The notes under the pieces are model-generated. The model saw only the letters and a list, made by a program, of their open reading frames with translations, made no database searches and was not told the DNA's origin. From assembly GCF_009914755.1 (NCBI RefSeq), contig NC_060938.1: a stretch of 64,000 nt of DNA. One strand, given 5' to 3'. A program made the translations under genes and the position numbers. Below are positions 17,251-35,550 of the stretch, piece after piece (within the stretch, counting starts at the first letter, position 1; each line of letters opens with the position of its first letter). This stretch comes from the human T2T-CHM13v2.0 reference genome, Homo sapiens.

Positions 17251-19029
17251 CTGCTCTCCAGAAAAAGATTGCAGTTTAAAACTTTTATGAACTGAAGTAA
17301 AACTCCTTCCTATCTCCCCATATGCACCCATTCAAATGAATCAGAAATATGAATTTTAGATCTTCCTTTAATGACCTGAGTAGTGAAAAACAAGAAAAAG
17401 CATTGTTTACACATGAGTTGATAAACCACTTGGGGATAAGAAACAAGATGTGTACTCTACAGCCCCGTGCATTCTTTGCATGAAGCAGATACTCGATATA
17501 TATTCACTGATTGGATCTGAATCTCCAAGAGGAAAGATAATTTAACCAAAACCACTACCGTCCTTAAAAAATGTCATCACTGTGTCAGACTGTGGAAGGA
17601 GGTGAGGCCTGATTTCTCCAGAAAGCAACCCAGGTGACAAAAGGGAAGACGGCACTCCTCTTTCTTCAAGGGCATCTAGAAGTCTTTGTTCTTTTTTAAG
17701 TAATGAACTGGAGACAAGGGTCTGACAATGAGTTTCACCTGCTCTTCCTGCTGCCATTCCAAGGCATGCACTTGAGTAGCCAATAGCTGAGGTGTAATGG
17801 CTTTGTAGCCTACTCTCCATCAGTAGTAACCCAGGGTAACCCAGGGCTGCCTCTGAAACTGCCAGACTCAGAGTTAAAATCCAATCAATTCAACAGATAT
17901 TTATTGTGTTATTCATAATAACATATCACAGTTGTTGTTATTCAACAGATATTTAATGTGTTGCAGAAGAGTGCTAGTTTAGATTATAATTAGAGAAGAA
18001 CCCAGGAATCTGGTGAGGTAGCTTGGAATAAGATTAGCTTTTAAATGTTGAAGATTTCTCTCTAAGACCTAGGCATGGGGTCCCAAAATAATCAGCAGAA
18101 CCTAAGCTGCTAGATGAGAAAATATATGTCTAAAAAGGTGGGATGCTCACCATTCCACACTGGCTATTTGATGATTAGTGTGATCTGAACATGGACAGTG
18201 TTCCCTTGGTCAGTGATAGTTTTAGGTATAGGTATGTGACCCAATGCTGGTCAATAAGAAACAAAAAGAACCAATGCAGGAAGGCAGGGAGGGGACAGCA
18301 AAAGAGAAGTTTTCCAAGAAAGGTTAATACTGATAAAATGCTCCTCCATCACTGTTATATTTCAGATAATAGCCACCACTTGAACACTCTAAGAAGAAAA
18401 GAATTTAATTCAGGAAATTAGGTGCTTAAAAATTCACTGGTAGGCTAAAGGAGCAGGTCCTAGGCTATGTTGCCAGCAATAACCAGCAGAACATTGCAGA
18501 AATGTCTGCTAAAGAAGCTGCTACCTGTGTCCCCGTCAAGAAGGTGAAGGGACCAGGAAGCCACCACAGTAGGTGTGGCTCCAGAATGACACCTGTGGAA
18601 GTCCAGTGCCCCTGTGCCCATATTTGCAAGGAAACAGCAGACAACACAGACCACAGCCTCCTTCCAAATCTCAAGCAGGTACAAGTGATATGCATTCTTC
18701 AGTGTGAAGAATCCTACCCACTAGTCTATTAATGGAACACTCCTGCCCCTGTTCCCTCCCACCCCTCACTCCGTCCCAGGAGAGGTAAGTGAGGTATCTG
18801 ACTGGCAAGTGTAGAAGAAGAAACTTGACATGCATGGACCAATCCCCTCCTCTTCTCTTTTCTGCCCACAGGGAGTATGCTTTCTGCCCTGTACAGACGT
18901 TTCCCCTGCAGGAGATGAATATTTGGAGCTACCCATGACTGGGTGGGAAAATGATATTGGGGTTTAGTATTAGGAAGCTCACTTGTCTACAGATAATGCT
19001 AATATCAGAGTTACCAGAAATAAAGATAA

Positions 19030-19488
<459 letters not shown>

Positions 19489-19662
19489 TAACTCTCACAG
19501 TTTTCACAGTATTTCACACCTGTATCTCATATGATCCTCTCAACAACCTGTTCACAGAGGCATAATGGGCATTATTAGCTGAGGAGCTAATGCTGCAACT
19601 CTTAATGTTCATAACCTGTTCCATATCATGATACACATAGGAAACGGAAAAAAACATTTATG

Positions 19663-19695
<33 letters not shown>

Positions 19696-19886
19696 CACAC
19701 TATGGAAAAAGTATGAGGCTGCTGGCACCAGAGGTAATTAACCCAGAGGTTCTAGCTGCCCTAGGCCTTGCATTGAGAGGATCAATATCTTATCATACCT
19801 GTAACCCACTCCCTGGCCACCAGTTAGGAAGTTCTGGCTTGGAGAAGTGTGCTAATTAGTTCAAGGCCACAAGGTTAATATATTAG

Positions 19887-21046
<1,160 letters not shown>

Positions 21047-21513
21047 TATATAGAAATTTGAGCTCAGATCCTCTAAGTCCAAATCCAAAGAATCTCAAAC
21101 ACAATCTGAAGTGGAAGAGGCATTTGTTACCTGCACACATCCCCACTATAGCTTACCGTAGGGTCAGAGAAGGTTCAAAGGGATGGCCTTTCCTTCTGGA
21201 CCAATCTCTATCTAGAGATGCAACCTGCCTCCTATCAGGTCTCTTCCTTTCTGAGCCAGAGCAGGTTTTTCTAGTTACCTTCTGGAGAGGGGAGATCAGA
21301 GGAGTCTGCATTAAGTATCATGATCTGGGTAGTCCTCTGCTGATCTGGAAATCCACCATGGGGTGGGCAGTGCCTATTAGATAACCAAAATGCTGTCCCC
21401 ACTTCTGAATACAAGCTAAGCCCCCCTGTCCAATGTGGTCAGGACAGTAGATATTTCACTAACTAAAAATATCTGCAAGGGAAACCAGGGAAAATGGTAA
21501 AAGCATACCTTAA

Positions 21514-21951
<438 letters not shown>

Positions 21952-22879
21952 TACAGTTTGTTTATTCTACAAATATGTGTTGTGTTCCTACTATGTGCCA
22001 GACATAATTTAGGTGATAAGGACACAGCAGTAAACAACACAAAGTCTCTGCACTCACAGAGCTTACTTTTCTATTGGAATCTACCATACATTCCAGTTTG
22101 GGTTTCTTTAGAGTAGAAGGAGAACTGAAACACACAAGGCAATCCGAGCCTTACTCTACATTACCGAGAATTACCCTAAAATATTTATGATTTTTTTGCT
22201 AGTCTTCACCACATGTCTTTCCCACACTAATTCAACAGCAATTTTTGTGTGTAACTTCTTTTTATCAAATCTTTCCAAAGCATACAACTCTAGTTTTCAT
22301 AGGAACAAGAACTTATTTTTGCACTCACATTTCATTGGTTTTCATGATAATTAAATTGCATAATCAGAATTGCAAGTAGCATGGGCAGATGTGGGTTGGG
22401 AACCAATAGCCCTGGCTTCTTGTGAGCGCTTAGCTCAATTTGTGGGAACAGAAGTACCTGAGAGTACCTCTACTAGTTGGGTATCTGGCACGCCGTGGGC
22501 ATTAGCGGGTTCTATAGAGGCAACAGGGAGCATCTGCTACCCGGATGATTTGGTTAGGTGGAGGTTCGCTTCAAGAGCTTCTGCCATATTGACCCACCTC
22601 TCTTCTCCAGACCAAATGCCACTCTTCTGTTGAAGTGTTCAAGTACTTATTCTAAAGCTTTACAAAGGTGGAGGAAACAAGACATACCTTGGTTAGCTAC
22701 ATTTTGGTTTTTATAAAATTCACAAAGGCGACGATATGTTTCTGTGCTGCCTTTTGTGTGCTGTCTTATGTGAATGTTCTCCTTTTCTCTACAATCCTGT
22801 CTTACATGTGGCCCTCGTCAGGTGCCCCAGGCATACCACTTCTCTTAGGATAATGCAGTCCCAGCCCTGCAGTCCCTTC

Positions 22880-23192
22880 TTTTATTTATTTATTTATTTA
22901 TTTATTTATTTGAGATGGAGTCTTGCTCTGTCGCCCAGGCTGGAGTGCAGTGGCACGATCTCGGCTCAGTGCAAGCTCCGCCTCCCAGGTTCACGCCATT
23001 CTCTTGCCTCAGCCTCCTGAGTAGCTGGAACTACAGGCGCCCGCCACCAGGCCCGGCTAATTTTTTGTATTTTTAGTAGAGACGGGGTTTCACCGTGTTA
23101 GCCAGGATGGTCTCGATCTCCTGACCTCATGATCCGCCCGCCTCGGCCTCCCAAAGTGCTGGGATTACAGGCGTGAGCCACTGCGCCCGGCC
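22880..23192 (-). mobile_element. AluY
   Basis: Y diagnostics, CpG-rich; TSD GTCCCTTCTT. Confidence 0.93.
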
Positions 23193-25765
23193 TGTCCCTT
23201 CTTGAGCCTCACAAATTCTGTCTCTTCAGGCATCAGCTGGGATCACTGCATTTTCCCTTAGCTTAGGCTTTTGCTGGCTCTGTAGAGGCAAGAGGTAAAT
23301 TCTGACACATAAACAGGGCTAAAGGAGAAGTAGGAGAACGCTGGCTTCTTTCCATCTGAAGGCAAATATACATCACCACCACCAAATAATGTAGATTTCT
23401 TCAGAAAACCCTCCAGTCTGGTCTTCTTTATTTTTCATGAAAAATGCACATTTCTCTTATTATTATAGCTTGGCCCCTATTTTCCTGGCTGAATTTCATT
23501 AAAGAGCCCCCCTCCCCCCCCTACATTAACTGAAAATGCCCCCACTCCGGGAACAATTTGGGACCAAAGGCACAGTGTTCAAATAGCATACACGGATGTC
23601 AAATCTTCTCCCTAAGCAGTAGAGGTGGATCATTCAGCTCATTCTCTACAATAGAGCTCCTGCTCTACAGGAGAGCCAGTTGCCCTCCCTTTTGTAAAGG
23701 GATAAGAAGAGAATACGTGCTTATTTATCCTGACAATACAACAGAGCAAGCCATATTAGAGAAAAACAGGAAAAATAATGATGCTAAGAAGTCAACGATA
23801 AAGACTGTTCCGTGCTCCACAGTGTTCCTTAGGTGACAATGAGGCGATAGAGATCATTTAATCCAACCAGTTTATGTCAAAAATAAGAATACCAAGACAC
23901 TTGGGTAAAATGACTCGCACAAGACAGAGCCAGCCTGAGGCAAAGCTGGGGTAAGTCTCTGACTTTGAGTCATTTGTTGCATCCACTACACCAGCTGTTC
24001 TCGAAGTGTGATCCATAGACCCCTGAGGGTTCCTGCCATTCTTCTGAGGTATTCCTGAAATCAAAACTACTTTCATAATAATCATATGATGTTTTCTGCC
24101 TTTTTCACTGTGTCGACAATTTGCACTGATGGTGGGTAAAACTACTGGCATTTTAGCATGAACCAAAGCCTAAGCATCCAACTGTGCTAGTCATCACTGT
24201 CACACACTTGCAGGAAAAACGAATGCCAAATTCACTTAAACAAATGCCCTTAGGCTGGGTGCCTTGGCTCACCCCATCATCCCAGCACTTCGGGAGGCCT
24301 CAGCCGAGGCCAGAGGATCATTTGAGGCCAGGAGTCTGAGACCCTGCCTCTACTTAAAAAAAAAAAAAAAAAAAAAAAAGAGAGAGAGTGTCTTTGGTGA
24401 AGCAGTCAAAATTAATTCTATTAAATATTGACAATTTTCAAAATAATCTGTGTGCTATGGTTTCAGTATGTCCCCTAAAGTTCTTGTGTTGGAAACTTAA
24501 TCCCCATTGCAACAGTGTTGAGAAGTGGGACTTTTCAGAGGTGATTATGGTCATGAGGGCTCTGCCCTCATCAACGGATTAATGTCATTATCGCAGGAGT
24601 GTGTTGCTGATAAAAAGGAGGAACTCGGCCTCCTTTCTCCTCTTGCACATGCAGCTCTCTCGCCCTTCTGCCTTCTGCCATGGGATGACAGAACAAGGAG
24701 GCCCTCCCCAGAGGCGGGCCCCTTAACTTCTCAGCCTCCAGAACTGTAAAAAATACATTTCTTTTCTTTATAAATTACCCAGTCAGTGATATTCTGTTAT
24801 GGAAACACACAACAGACTGAGCCACTGTGTAACAAAATGAGAAGTATGCATAAAGTACTTTTGCTGTGTTCCAAACTATGATAGTTATCTCTAGGAAAAA
24901 CACTTAGGCGATTATTTGAGTTGTGAGTTGAACAAACCACTTTTTTTCATGGAGCATCTTTTTTTCTTTTTTCTTGAAAGAACAAATGACAAAGAATGCT
25001 ATTTCAGACTAAGCATTTGGCAGACATTTTCTTAAAAATGAACAAAGGGAGCCTGTCACTTCAAGGAAAACAACTGATAGTATTTGTTGCTGATGATAAA
25101 ATTTGAGCTTCCAAGCAAAAATTAGAATTTGGAAAAACTTTTGTTTACCACTGTGGAGCTCGACAGCTTCTCAATACATAAGGTTTTTTTAAGGAAATAG
25201 ATTGGTGATATTAATGACCGTGATTTTTTTCTGATATGGTATAATAAAATGTGTCAACATTTGAAATACCTGCATAATTCAAAGACAAATATTTTCCAAT
25301 GACCATTGAATGCACTGTATTACAAAATCATGCATGGGTAAAAGATCCATTCTAAGTACACAACAAACCAATGGATTTTAATGTAACAGAACACGAAAAG
25401 TTCATTGACATAATTTCAGACTTCACATTGCAACTAACCTTTAAGACACCTGTTTTGGTGTAGTACCAAAAAAGAATATCCACAATTATCTAAGAGGACT
25501 ATTAAATACTCTTCCCTTTTCCAGCTACATATCTGTGTGAAGCTGGATTTTCTTCACACATTTTGACCAAACCAACATATTGCAATATACTGAATGCAAA
25601 AGTAAATATTTGAGAATCCATTCATCTTCCGTTATGCACACATTTTAAAAATTTCAAAATATTTCACAATGCAAAACAATGCCATTTTTCAAAAATGTAA
25701 AATAATCTCACTTTTCTTGCTGAAAATTTTGTTTGGAAGATATGATTTTTAAAAATAGAAATTTG

Positions 25766-26189
<424 letters not shown>

Positions 26190-27174
26190 TCACTAACAGA
26201 CCATTTATCATGAGCAGCAACTCGGCCTCTGCAGCAAATGGACATGGCAGCAAGAAGTTCAAAGGTGACAGCAGAAGCGCCGGTGTCCCCTCCAGAGTGA
26301 CCCACATCCAGAAGCTCCCATCGACGTCATCGAAGGGGAGGTGATCTCCCTGGAGCTGCCCTTTGGGAAGGTTACTAACCTCCTGATGCTGAAGGGGAAA
26401 AACCAGGCCTTCATCAAGATGAGCACGGAGGAGGCTGCCAACACCATGGTGAATTACTACACCTCGGTGACGCCCGTGCTGCGCGGCCAGCCCATCTACA
26501 TCCAGTTCTCCAACCACAAGGGGCTGAAGACCGACAGCTCTCCCAACCAGGCGCGGGACCCGGCAGCCCTCAGGCCGTGAACTCGGTCCAGTCGGGGAAC
26601 CTGGCCTGGACTGCCCCGGCGGCAGCCGTAGACGCAGGGATGGCGATGGCCGGGCAGAGCCTGGTGCTCAGGATCATCGTGGAGAACCTCTTCTACCCCA
26701 CGACCCTGGATGTGCTGCACCAGATTTTCTCCAAGTTCGGCACAGTGAAGACCATCACATTCATCAAGGACAACCAGTTCCAGGCCCTGCTGCAGTACAC
26801 GGACCCCGAGAACGCCCAGCATACCAAGCTGTCGCTGGATTGGCAGAACACCTACAACGCCTGCCACACGCTGTGCATCGACTTCTCCAAGCTCATCAGC
26901 CTCAACGTAAAGTACAACAACGACAAGAGCCGCGACTACCACGCCCGGACCTGCCCTCCGGGGACAGCTAGCCCTCGCTGGACCAGACATGGCCGTGGCC
27001 TTCGACCTTTCAGTTCCCAACATCCACGGAGCCCTGGCCCCCCGGCCATCCCCTCGGCGGTGGCGGCAGCTGCAGCGGCAGGCCAGATCGCCATCCTGGG
27101 CCTGGCGGGGACAGGAAATTCTGTCTTGCTGGTCAGCGGCCTCAACCCAGAGAGAGTCACACCCCAAAGCCTCT

Positions 27175-27466
27175 GTTTTTGTTTGTTTGTTTGTTTTAGA
27201 CGGAGTCTTGCTCTGTTGCCCAGGCTGGAGTGTGATCTCGGCTCATTGCAACCTCTCCCTCCGGGGTTCAAGTGATTCTGCTGCCTCAGCCTCCCGAGTA
27301 GCTGGGATTACAACCGCGCCACCACGCCCGACTAATTTTTGTATTTTTAGTAGAGACGGGGTTTCACCATGTTGGTCAGGCTGGTCTCGAACTCCTGACC
27401 TCGTGATCCGCCTGCCTCAGCCTCCCAAAGTCCTGGGATTAAAAGCGTGAGCCACCGCGCCCAGCC
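27175..27466 (-). mobile_element. AluS inside PTBP1P coding sequence
   Basis: TSD CCCAAAGCCTCT 27163-27174 / 27467-27478. Confidence 0.95.
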
Positions 27467-28090
27467 CCCAAAGCCTCTTTATTCTTTTCAGCGTCTACGG
27501 GGACGTGCAGCGCGTGAAGATCCCGTTCAATAAGAAGGAGAACGCTCTGGTTCAGATGGCGGACGGCAACCAGGCCCAGCTGGCCATGAGCCACCTGAAC
27601 TGGCACAAGCTGCACGGGAAGCCCATCCGCATCTCATCCGTATCACGCCCTTGAAGCACCAGAACGTGCAGCTGCCCCGCGAGGGCCGGGAGGACCAGGG
27701 CCTGACCAAGGACTATGGCAACTCGCCCCTGCACCGCTTCAAGAAGCCAGGCTTCAAGAACTTCCAGAACATATTCCCGCCCTCGGCCACCGTGCACCTC
27801 TCCAACATCCCGCCCTCAGTATCCGAGGAAGATCTCAAGGTCCTCTCCTCCAGCCATGGGGGCATAGTCATAGGATTCAAGTTCTTCCAGAAGAACCGCA
27901 AGATGGCGCTGATCCAAATGCGCTCCGTGGAGGAGGCGGTCCAGACCCCCATTGCCCTACACAACCACGACATCTGGGAGAACCACCACCTGCGGGTCTC
28001 CTTCTCCAAGTCCACCATCTATGGGCACAGGCCCACCACAGCCGGGCCCCCTGGCGACAACTTCCATCATTCCAAAAAAAGCGACTTTAA

Positions 28091-28442
<352 letters not shown>

Positions 28443-30486
28443 TTTCTTTCTTTAAAAAGAAATCAGTTTACCTGTTTTTTTTTTAAATTAAATCTAGTTC
28501 ACTGTGCTAAAATTAATTAATTTAATTTAATTTAAATAGAAATATGTATATTAACATGTAATGGGTTTATTATTGTGATCTTAAAATTGACAAATATTTT
28601 AAATTTTCTGCCACTAACCTACATACATTTTAAGAGTATATACAAGGGTCCTGAGACAAAAAAATTTGAGAACTGCTGTATTACCCCATCTTGCCCTGCA
28701 GAACGTGGACTGAAGGGAAGTACTTTTTTCCTTTCTACTTAAATAACCCAGTGCTGTTACTGTTTTATTTTAAAATCCAATCTACCCTCTTCCTCCAGAA
28801 TTATTAAAAAGTAGACTGCAAAAGAACCATAGCTTCCTGAAATCAAAGGACCCAAAACAAAGAGAAAGCAAAAGCAGTGAATAAAAGGACTTCTCCAGAG
28901 ACTGGCAGGCCGACCAAAGACCACTCCCCCTCCAGCCAGCCTGGTAGGAGTTGCCTATTCCTTTTTGCTTCGTTGTTCTCACACCCAGTCACCCACTCCC
29001 ATCCCCTACATCCCAACCCCCATCCTGGAAAGCTATTGTTCTCCAGGGCCTCAAAACACAAAGGGACTTCACAAATCTTTGGGCTGACTCCCCACCCCAT
29101 CCTCTCTCTGAGATTACAGTGCAGGGAAGGGCACTTTCAGATTCTGCCTGAGCCTCCACCAGCCCCCTGTTCTCAGGCTCGGGGCTGAGATGAAAAGGGA
29201 ACACCACTGTTTCTGGCCTGAAAAGGAAATGTAAATGCATTGCAAGCCAGAAGCTGCCAGAAGACCATTTCCCTGTTAGTAAACAGGGCTGCCTGAGCCA
29301 TCTTTCTCCTCTTTAATAACCTGTGGGGCACCTATTGATTGCGCATGCTGGTCCCTCATAAATTAAAACAGGGATGCCTTCCGGTTGCTCTGTAGCTGCG
29401 TAGATGGTGAAATTGGCTCACTAATACTTCATGTTCATGGAGCACAGTGTATCCCGCCACATAAACATGAAGAATATGTATCATCAGGCTCTGGGATTGC
29501 ACGGAAAACAACCCCGGAAGCTTCTGGGCATGCTGCAGACTTTAATTAGGCAGTTTCTTCCACTAGGATTGGAGACCGGCAGAAACACCAATTGCATGCC
29601 TCCTGCCGCAGCCTGTTCTGCTTTCAAATGGGAGGAAGGAGCAAGCCCTGGTGGGTAGGAGATGAGCCTGCTCCTCTCTCTACCCCCTTACCAGGATAGG
29701 CACCCGTAAGCAGAAAGGAATGTTCATCTCTCATGCTGTGGTAGAGAGAGCACCAAGTTAGCAGTCAGAAAACATTCAGAACTTCTGCTTTAGCCACTTA
29801 CAGCTACATGATCATGGGCGCAAGTGCCTTAACCTCTCGGAATCACAGCATCTCATCTGGAAAGTGGACAAAGTAATAACACCTAGCTGCTTGTGAGGCT
29901 TGAGGAAAATAAGTCTTTCCTGGCGCCCAGTATGGTCTCAGTAAATACTGAAACTGAAATTGAAGCAGATGAAGAACAGAGTGGCAGGTACAGGGCTGAT
30001 ACTATTTCTTTCTCTCACCTCAAAAATCTGGCATCAGGAACTTTCCACCACTACCCCTAGCCAACATTTTGCTCTTTAAGTAAGAAGTGAGGCCCTGCAA
30101 CTCATACCTTGGTACATTGGAAATGTTTCTCTTACCCTTCCATCTTTCTGTGCCCACTCCTGAGCTGGCTCTCAATTGAAAATTCATTTAGCAGGAAACC
30201 TCTCTAAAATGCATGGTAAACATCGAAAAACATGCTAGCATAGTTTACCATTCTACCAAAAATAGCTTGGCACCCACATGCCAACACTTAGCAGAACCTT
30301 CCGAGTTTCTCTGACTTTAAACAGACCCTAGGCAACCAGATCCACTTACGCTTCCCAGAGTGTGTAGCATTTCATTAAAGTTTTACTACAGTCCCCTTCC
30401 TCTGCCATTGCTAATTAAAATGAACAAGGACAATGTGGAGAGCCATATTTTGCTATTCCTGGAAATATCTGCTGCTCCAGGGAGGG

Positions 30487-31570
<1,084 letters not shown>

Positions 31571-31796
31571 TCTGGTAGGATACATTCCATGGCAGATTGC
31601 TGGTAGTTGCCCTGTCCATTTTTCCTTCCTTTTTGGTAACAAAAAACCGCCTTTTGCGGGGATGGTCATGTGCTCAGTGAAAGCTTCCCTTCCCCAGCAT
31701 CTCTTGCAGCGAACTGTGGCCATAAGACTAAGTTTTGACGAAAGAAGTATAAACAAAGAAGCGTAAGAGACTTCTACAAAGTCTCTTTATGGGAGA

Positions 31797-32270
31797 GTGT
31801 TGTGGGTTAAATTGTCTCTCCCCAAAATTTATATATAAAAGTCCTAATCCCTCGTACCTCAGCATGTGACCTTATTTGGAATAGGGCACTCGCAAATGTA
31901 ATTAGTTAAAATGAGGTCATGAGGGTGGGCCCTAATCCAATATAAATATGTCCTTATATAAAGGGGAAAATTGGACACAGAAACACACACACAGGGAGAA
32001 TGCCATGTGACGACCGAGGCAGAGATTGGGGTGATGCTTCCACAAGGTAAGGAAACTCAAAGATTTCCAGCCAATCACGAGCAGCTAGGGGAGAGGCATG
32101 GGACGGAATTTTCCTTACAGTTCTCAGAAGGAACCAATCCTGCCTGATACATTGATGTTGGACTTCTAGCCTGCAGAATTGTGAGAATTGTGAGACAATA
32201 AGTAAATTTTTGTGGTATGAGCTGCTCAATTTGTGGTCCTTTGTCACAGCAGCCCTAGCAAACTAATACA
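31797..32270 (+). mobile_element. MaLR LTR (MLT1B/C-like) inside an older LTR16-like element
   Basis: TGTTGTGGGTTAAATTGT..GCAGCCCTAGCAAACTAATACA. Confidence 0.75.
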
Positions 32271-32543
32271 GAGAGATACACCCTTCCACTTTTCCATCTT
32301 GCTACCTAGTCCTAATATAGATAAGAGGGATGGTTCTCCATTAGCCATTGTGCTACATGAGGATGGGGGCCACATTCACAGATGGTAGGGCAGGGAGCTA
32401 GAAGAAACTTGGGACCCTAAAAACTTCATGGAGGTGCCATATTAGCCCTGGACTGCCTATTCCTTGGCTTATCTTTCTGAAAAATAAATAAAATTAAAGC
32501 TTTTGTTATTATTATGTTTTTTGAAACATGTAGTTGAATATAA

Positions 32544-32834
<291 letters not shown>

Positions 32835-33309
32835 AGTTGAATATAATCTTAACCAATACACACACAATTTTGATAAATGAGTTCTTTGGGGAGAGGACTG
32901 GGATTGGACTGTCATAGGTAGGAAATGTTTGCTTTACCTGTATGTTTCAAGTTTGATGTCAGGAATGTAGTCGTGTACTCTTTTGTAATTAAAAATAAAT
33001 CTGTTTTATAATAAATAAAAGGAAAAAAGAGGGATGGGAACCTGTAGATTCAAGAAGACCTAAGAAATATATCAACTATAATGGATGATTGGATGCAGGA
33101 AAAAAACAAAAAGAAATATATCAACCAATTGCAATGTATGAGTCTTATTTGGATCTTGATTTAAACCCCAAATTTTTTAAATGTACAAGATAATCGGGGA
33201 AATTTTAATATTAATCAGATATTCTATATTAAGGAATTATTGTTTTTATGAATGCTAACAATATTGTAGTGATGTATTTAGAGTGTTCTTCTCTTTTAGA
33301 CTCTAAAAC

Positions 33310-33545
33310 ATGGTTTTCGACCTTGTCACAATTGTTATTTTGAGCCATGTAGTTCTTTGTCGTGAGGCGCTGGCCTGTGCATTGCAGAATGTTTCGTAGC
33401 AGCCCTGTTTCTACCCTGTCTTCCAGTAGCTAGATGCTGGGTGCACACCCCCTCCCCCCAACGTTGTAAAAACAAAAAAAGGTCTCCACATATTGCCAAA
33501 TGTCCCCTAGGGGGCAAAACTGTCCTGGGCTGAGAATAACAGCTC
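33310..33545. mobile_element. MER20-like hAT element within an L1M fragment
   Basis: CCTGTGCATTGCAGAATGTT..ATTGCCAAATGTCCCCTAGGGGGCAAAA. Confidence 0.75.
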
Positions 33546-33879
33546 TAAAATTTAGAGATACTGACTGGACTATGTATGGGCGAAATGATTCGATGACTGG
33601 ATTTTGCTTCAAAATAATCCAGGTGATGGGGAGGGAGGGCGGTGGGTAAAATGTTCCATGATGGAAAGTTTAACATACATTTAAAATTTTTTAAAGAGTC
33701 CATTCGGACTTCTCTTTACATCAATATGGGGAACTTAATATTCTTAAATAGTCTCTCACTATAAGACAGGAATATACTGGATAAAATGCAACAGATGTTC
33801 ACCTCCTCGGTCCAAGATCTTGTCTCATGTCTTCCACAAGAGCATTAAAATCCAAGGATCTAAGTTCCAAGTATGACTG

Positions 33880-34660
33880 GGCAAGGCAAGCCCTCCCTCC
33901 CAACCCTCCCCGCCAGGCATTCTCGGTGCTGCACCCCGGGCATACTCAGCTAGGAGCTGCTCCTACGTCTTCTTCAGTTGCTTGGTAACCCTAACTCCTG
34001 AGATGTCCTCTCAGCTCTGCCCCCTGGGCCTCCTCCTTTCCCAGTCCCCAAGCTTAAGCTAGAGGGGGTGTGCTTGGAGCCAGATTCATTAGGGCCATGC
34101 CTTGCCCATCCCTGCGAGGGCCCAGACCATGAGCCTCCTCCTCACTGTTTGCAGCTGCTCTCTACAGAGCACTGAGCAGCCCACGCTTTCACCAGGCTCA
34201 CACCTGCGCCCGTGTTCTCCACCAGCTGCTTCACTCCAGGCCGTGCTCGGGACAGCCGGGCCTTTCTAGGGCCCACGCGCCCCTGGGCGTCTCCGCTGAG
34301 ACCGACTTTCACGCCCACCTGGTCTTCCCCAAGACATGGAGCCTTCAAAGGTTTCATCAGAATTCCCTCAGGATGTGGGTTTTGAGTTGTCATCCGAGCC
34401 CATCAGGGGCCAGAGTGTAGGTGGGCCCAGGGGCCTCTGAGCTGGAGGCTAATGGGGCTTGAAAGGCCTCTGAGCGGAGCCAGGAACCCGCCCTCTGGGG
34501 GCCTGGGAGCCGGGCTGCGCGCTCAGGTCCCAACACGAGGTCTGAGGCGCTCTCTGCTTGCTTCAGGGGCCGCAGAGGGAGGCTGACCATAGCTGCGACA
34601 CCCCCTCAGTGCTGGACACCGGGCAGGAAGCCTCTCTTGCACCGACTAGACCAGAAGGGC
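33880..34660. promoter_or_regulatory. GC/CpG-enriched unique segment, candidate regulatory element
   Basis: Non-repeat GC-rich stretch with clustered CpGs; X-box-like GTTGCTTGGTAAC at 33977-33989. Confidence 0.35.
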
Positions 34661-35218
34661 AGACATTTTCCCGACAAGGAAGGGAAGCAAGATTGAGTAA
34701 GATAAGCCCGGTTATTTTTATGCAGACATTGTTCCAACCACAACGACTGTTTTCGAAGGTGGGTGGTATTTGTTTGGTGGAAGGATCTTTGAGGTAAGAG
34801 GCAGCAGGGTGCTTCAGCACCACCACTTCCTTTACTTTTCTGAGTGTTCCCTTATCAAGCCACCAGTTTGGGTTCTGCTCCATTTTTCTGTCTGGTAAAG
34901 AAGTAGAATGAGGTGAAATCTGGCTACCTACTTCCCCTGGGGGGACGGTCATGGCTGCTGGTGAGTTTCAAGTGATTTGAGAACTGTTGGTATACTTAAG
35001 TGAGGAGCTCTTTCCCTCCCCTTCATAGAAATGGAATAATGTGCAGGTTCCTAACGGGACTTAGGAGTCGGAGAGCCCTGGGTTCAAATCCCAGAGCCTC
35101 CATATTTTGGTTGTGTGAAAAAAAACAGTAGGCAAGGTAGTCAACATGTCTGTGCCTCACCTTCCCCATACATAAAGCCTACTTTTTCATAAGGTTGTTG
35201 TGTGGGTATTAAGTCTCA

Positions 35219-35550
<332 letters not shown>

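Noticed and set aside
17888-17962. 23-bp direct repeat ATTCAACAGATATTTAWTGTGTT twice
   Set aside because: Only two copies of an L2-tail-like motif; ordinary slippage.
22370-22870. Unique sequence with a few CpGs and an 87 aa ORF
   Set aside because: No recognisable homology, non-ATG start and no supporting structure.
24830-25750. Possible domesticated Charlie transposase
   Set aside because: No long ORF on either strand.
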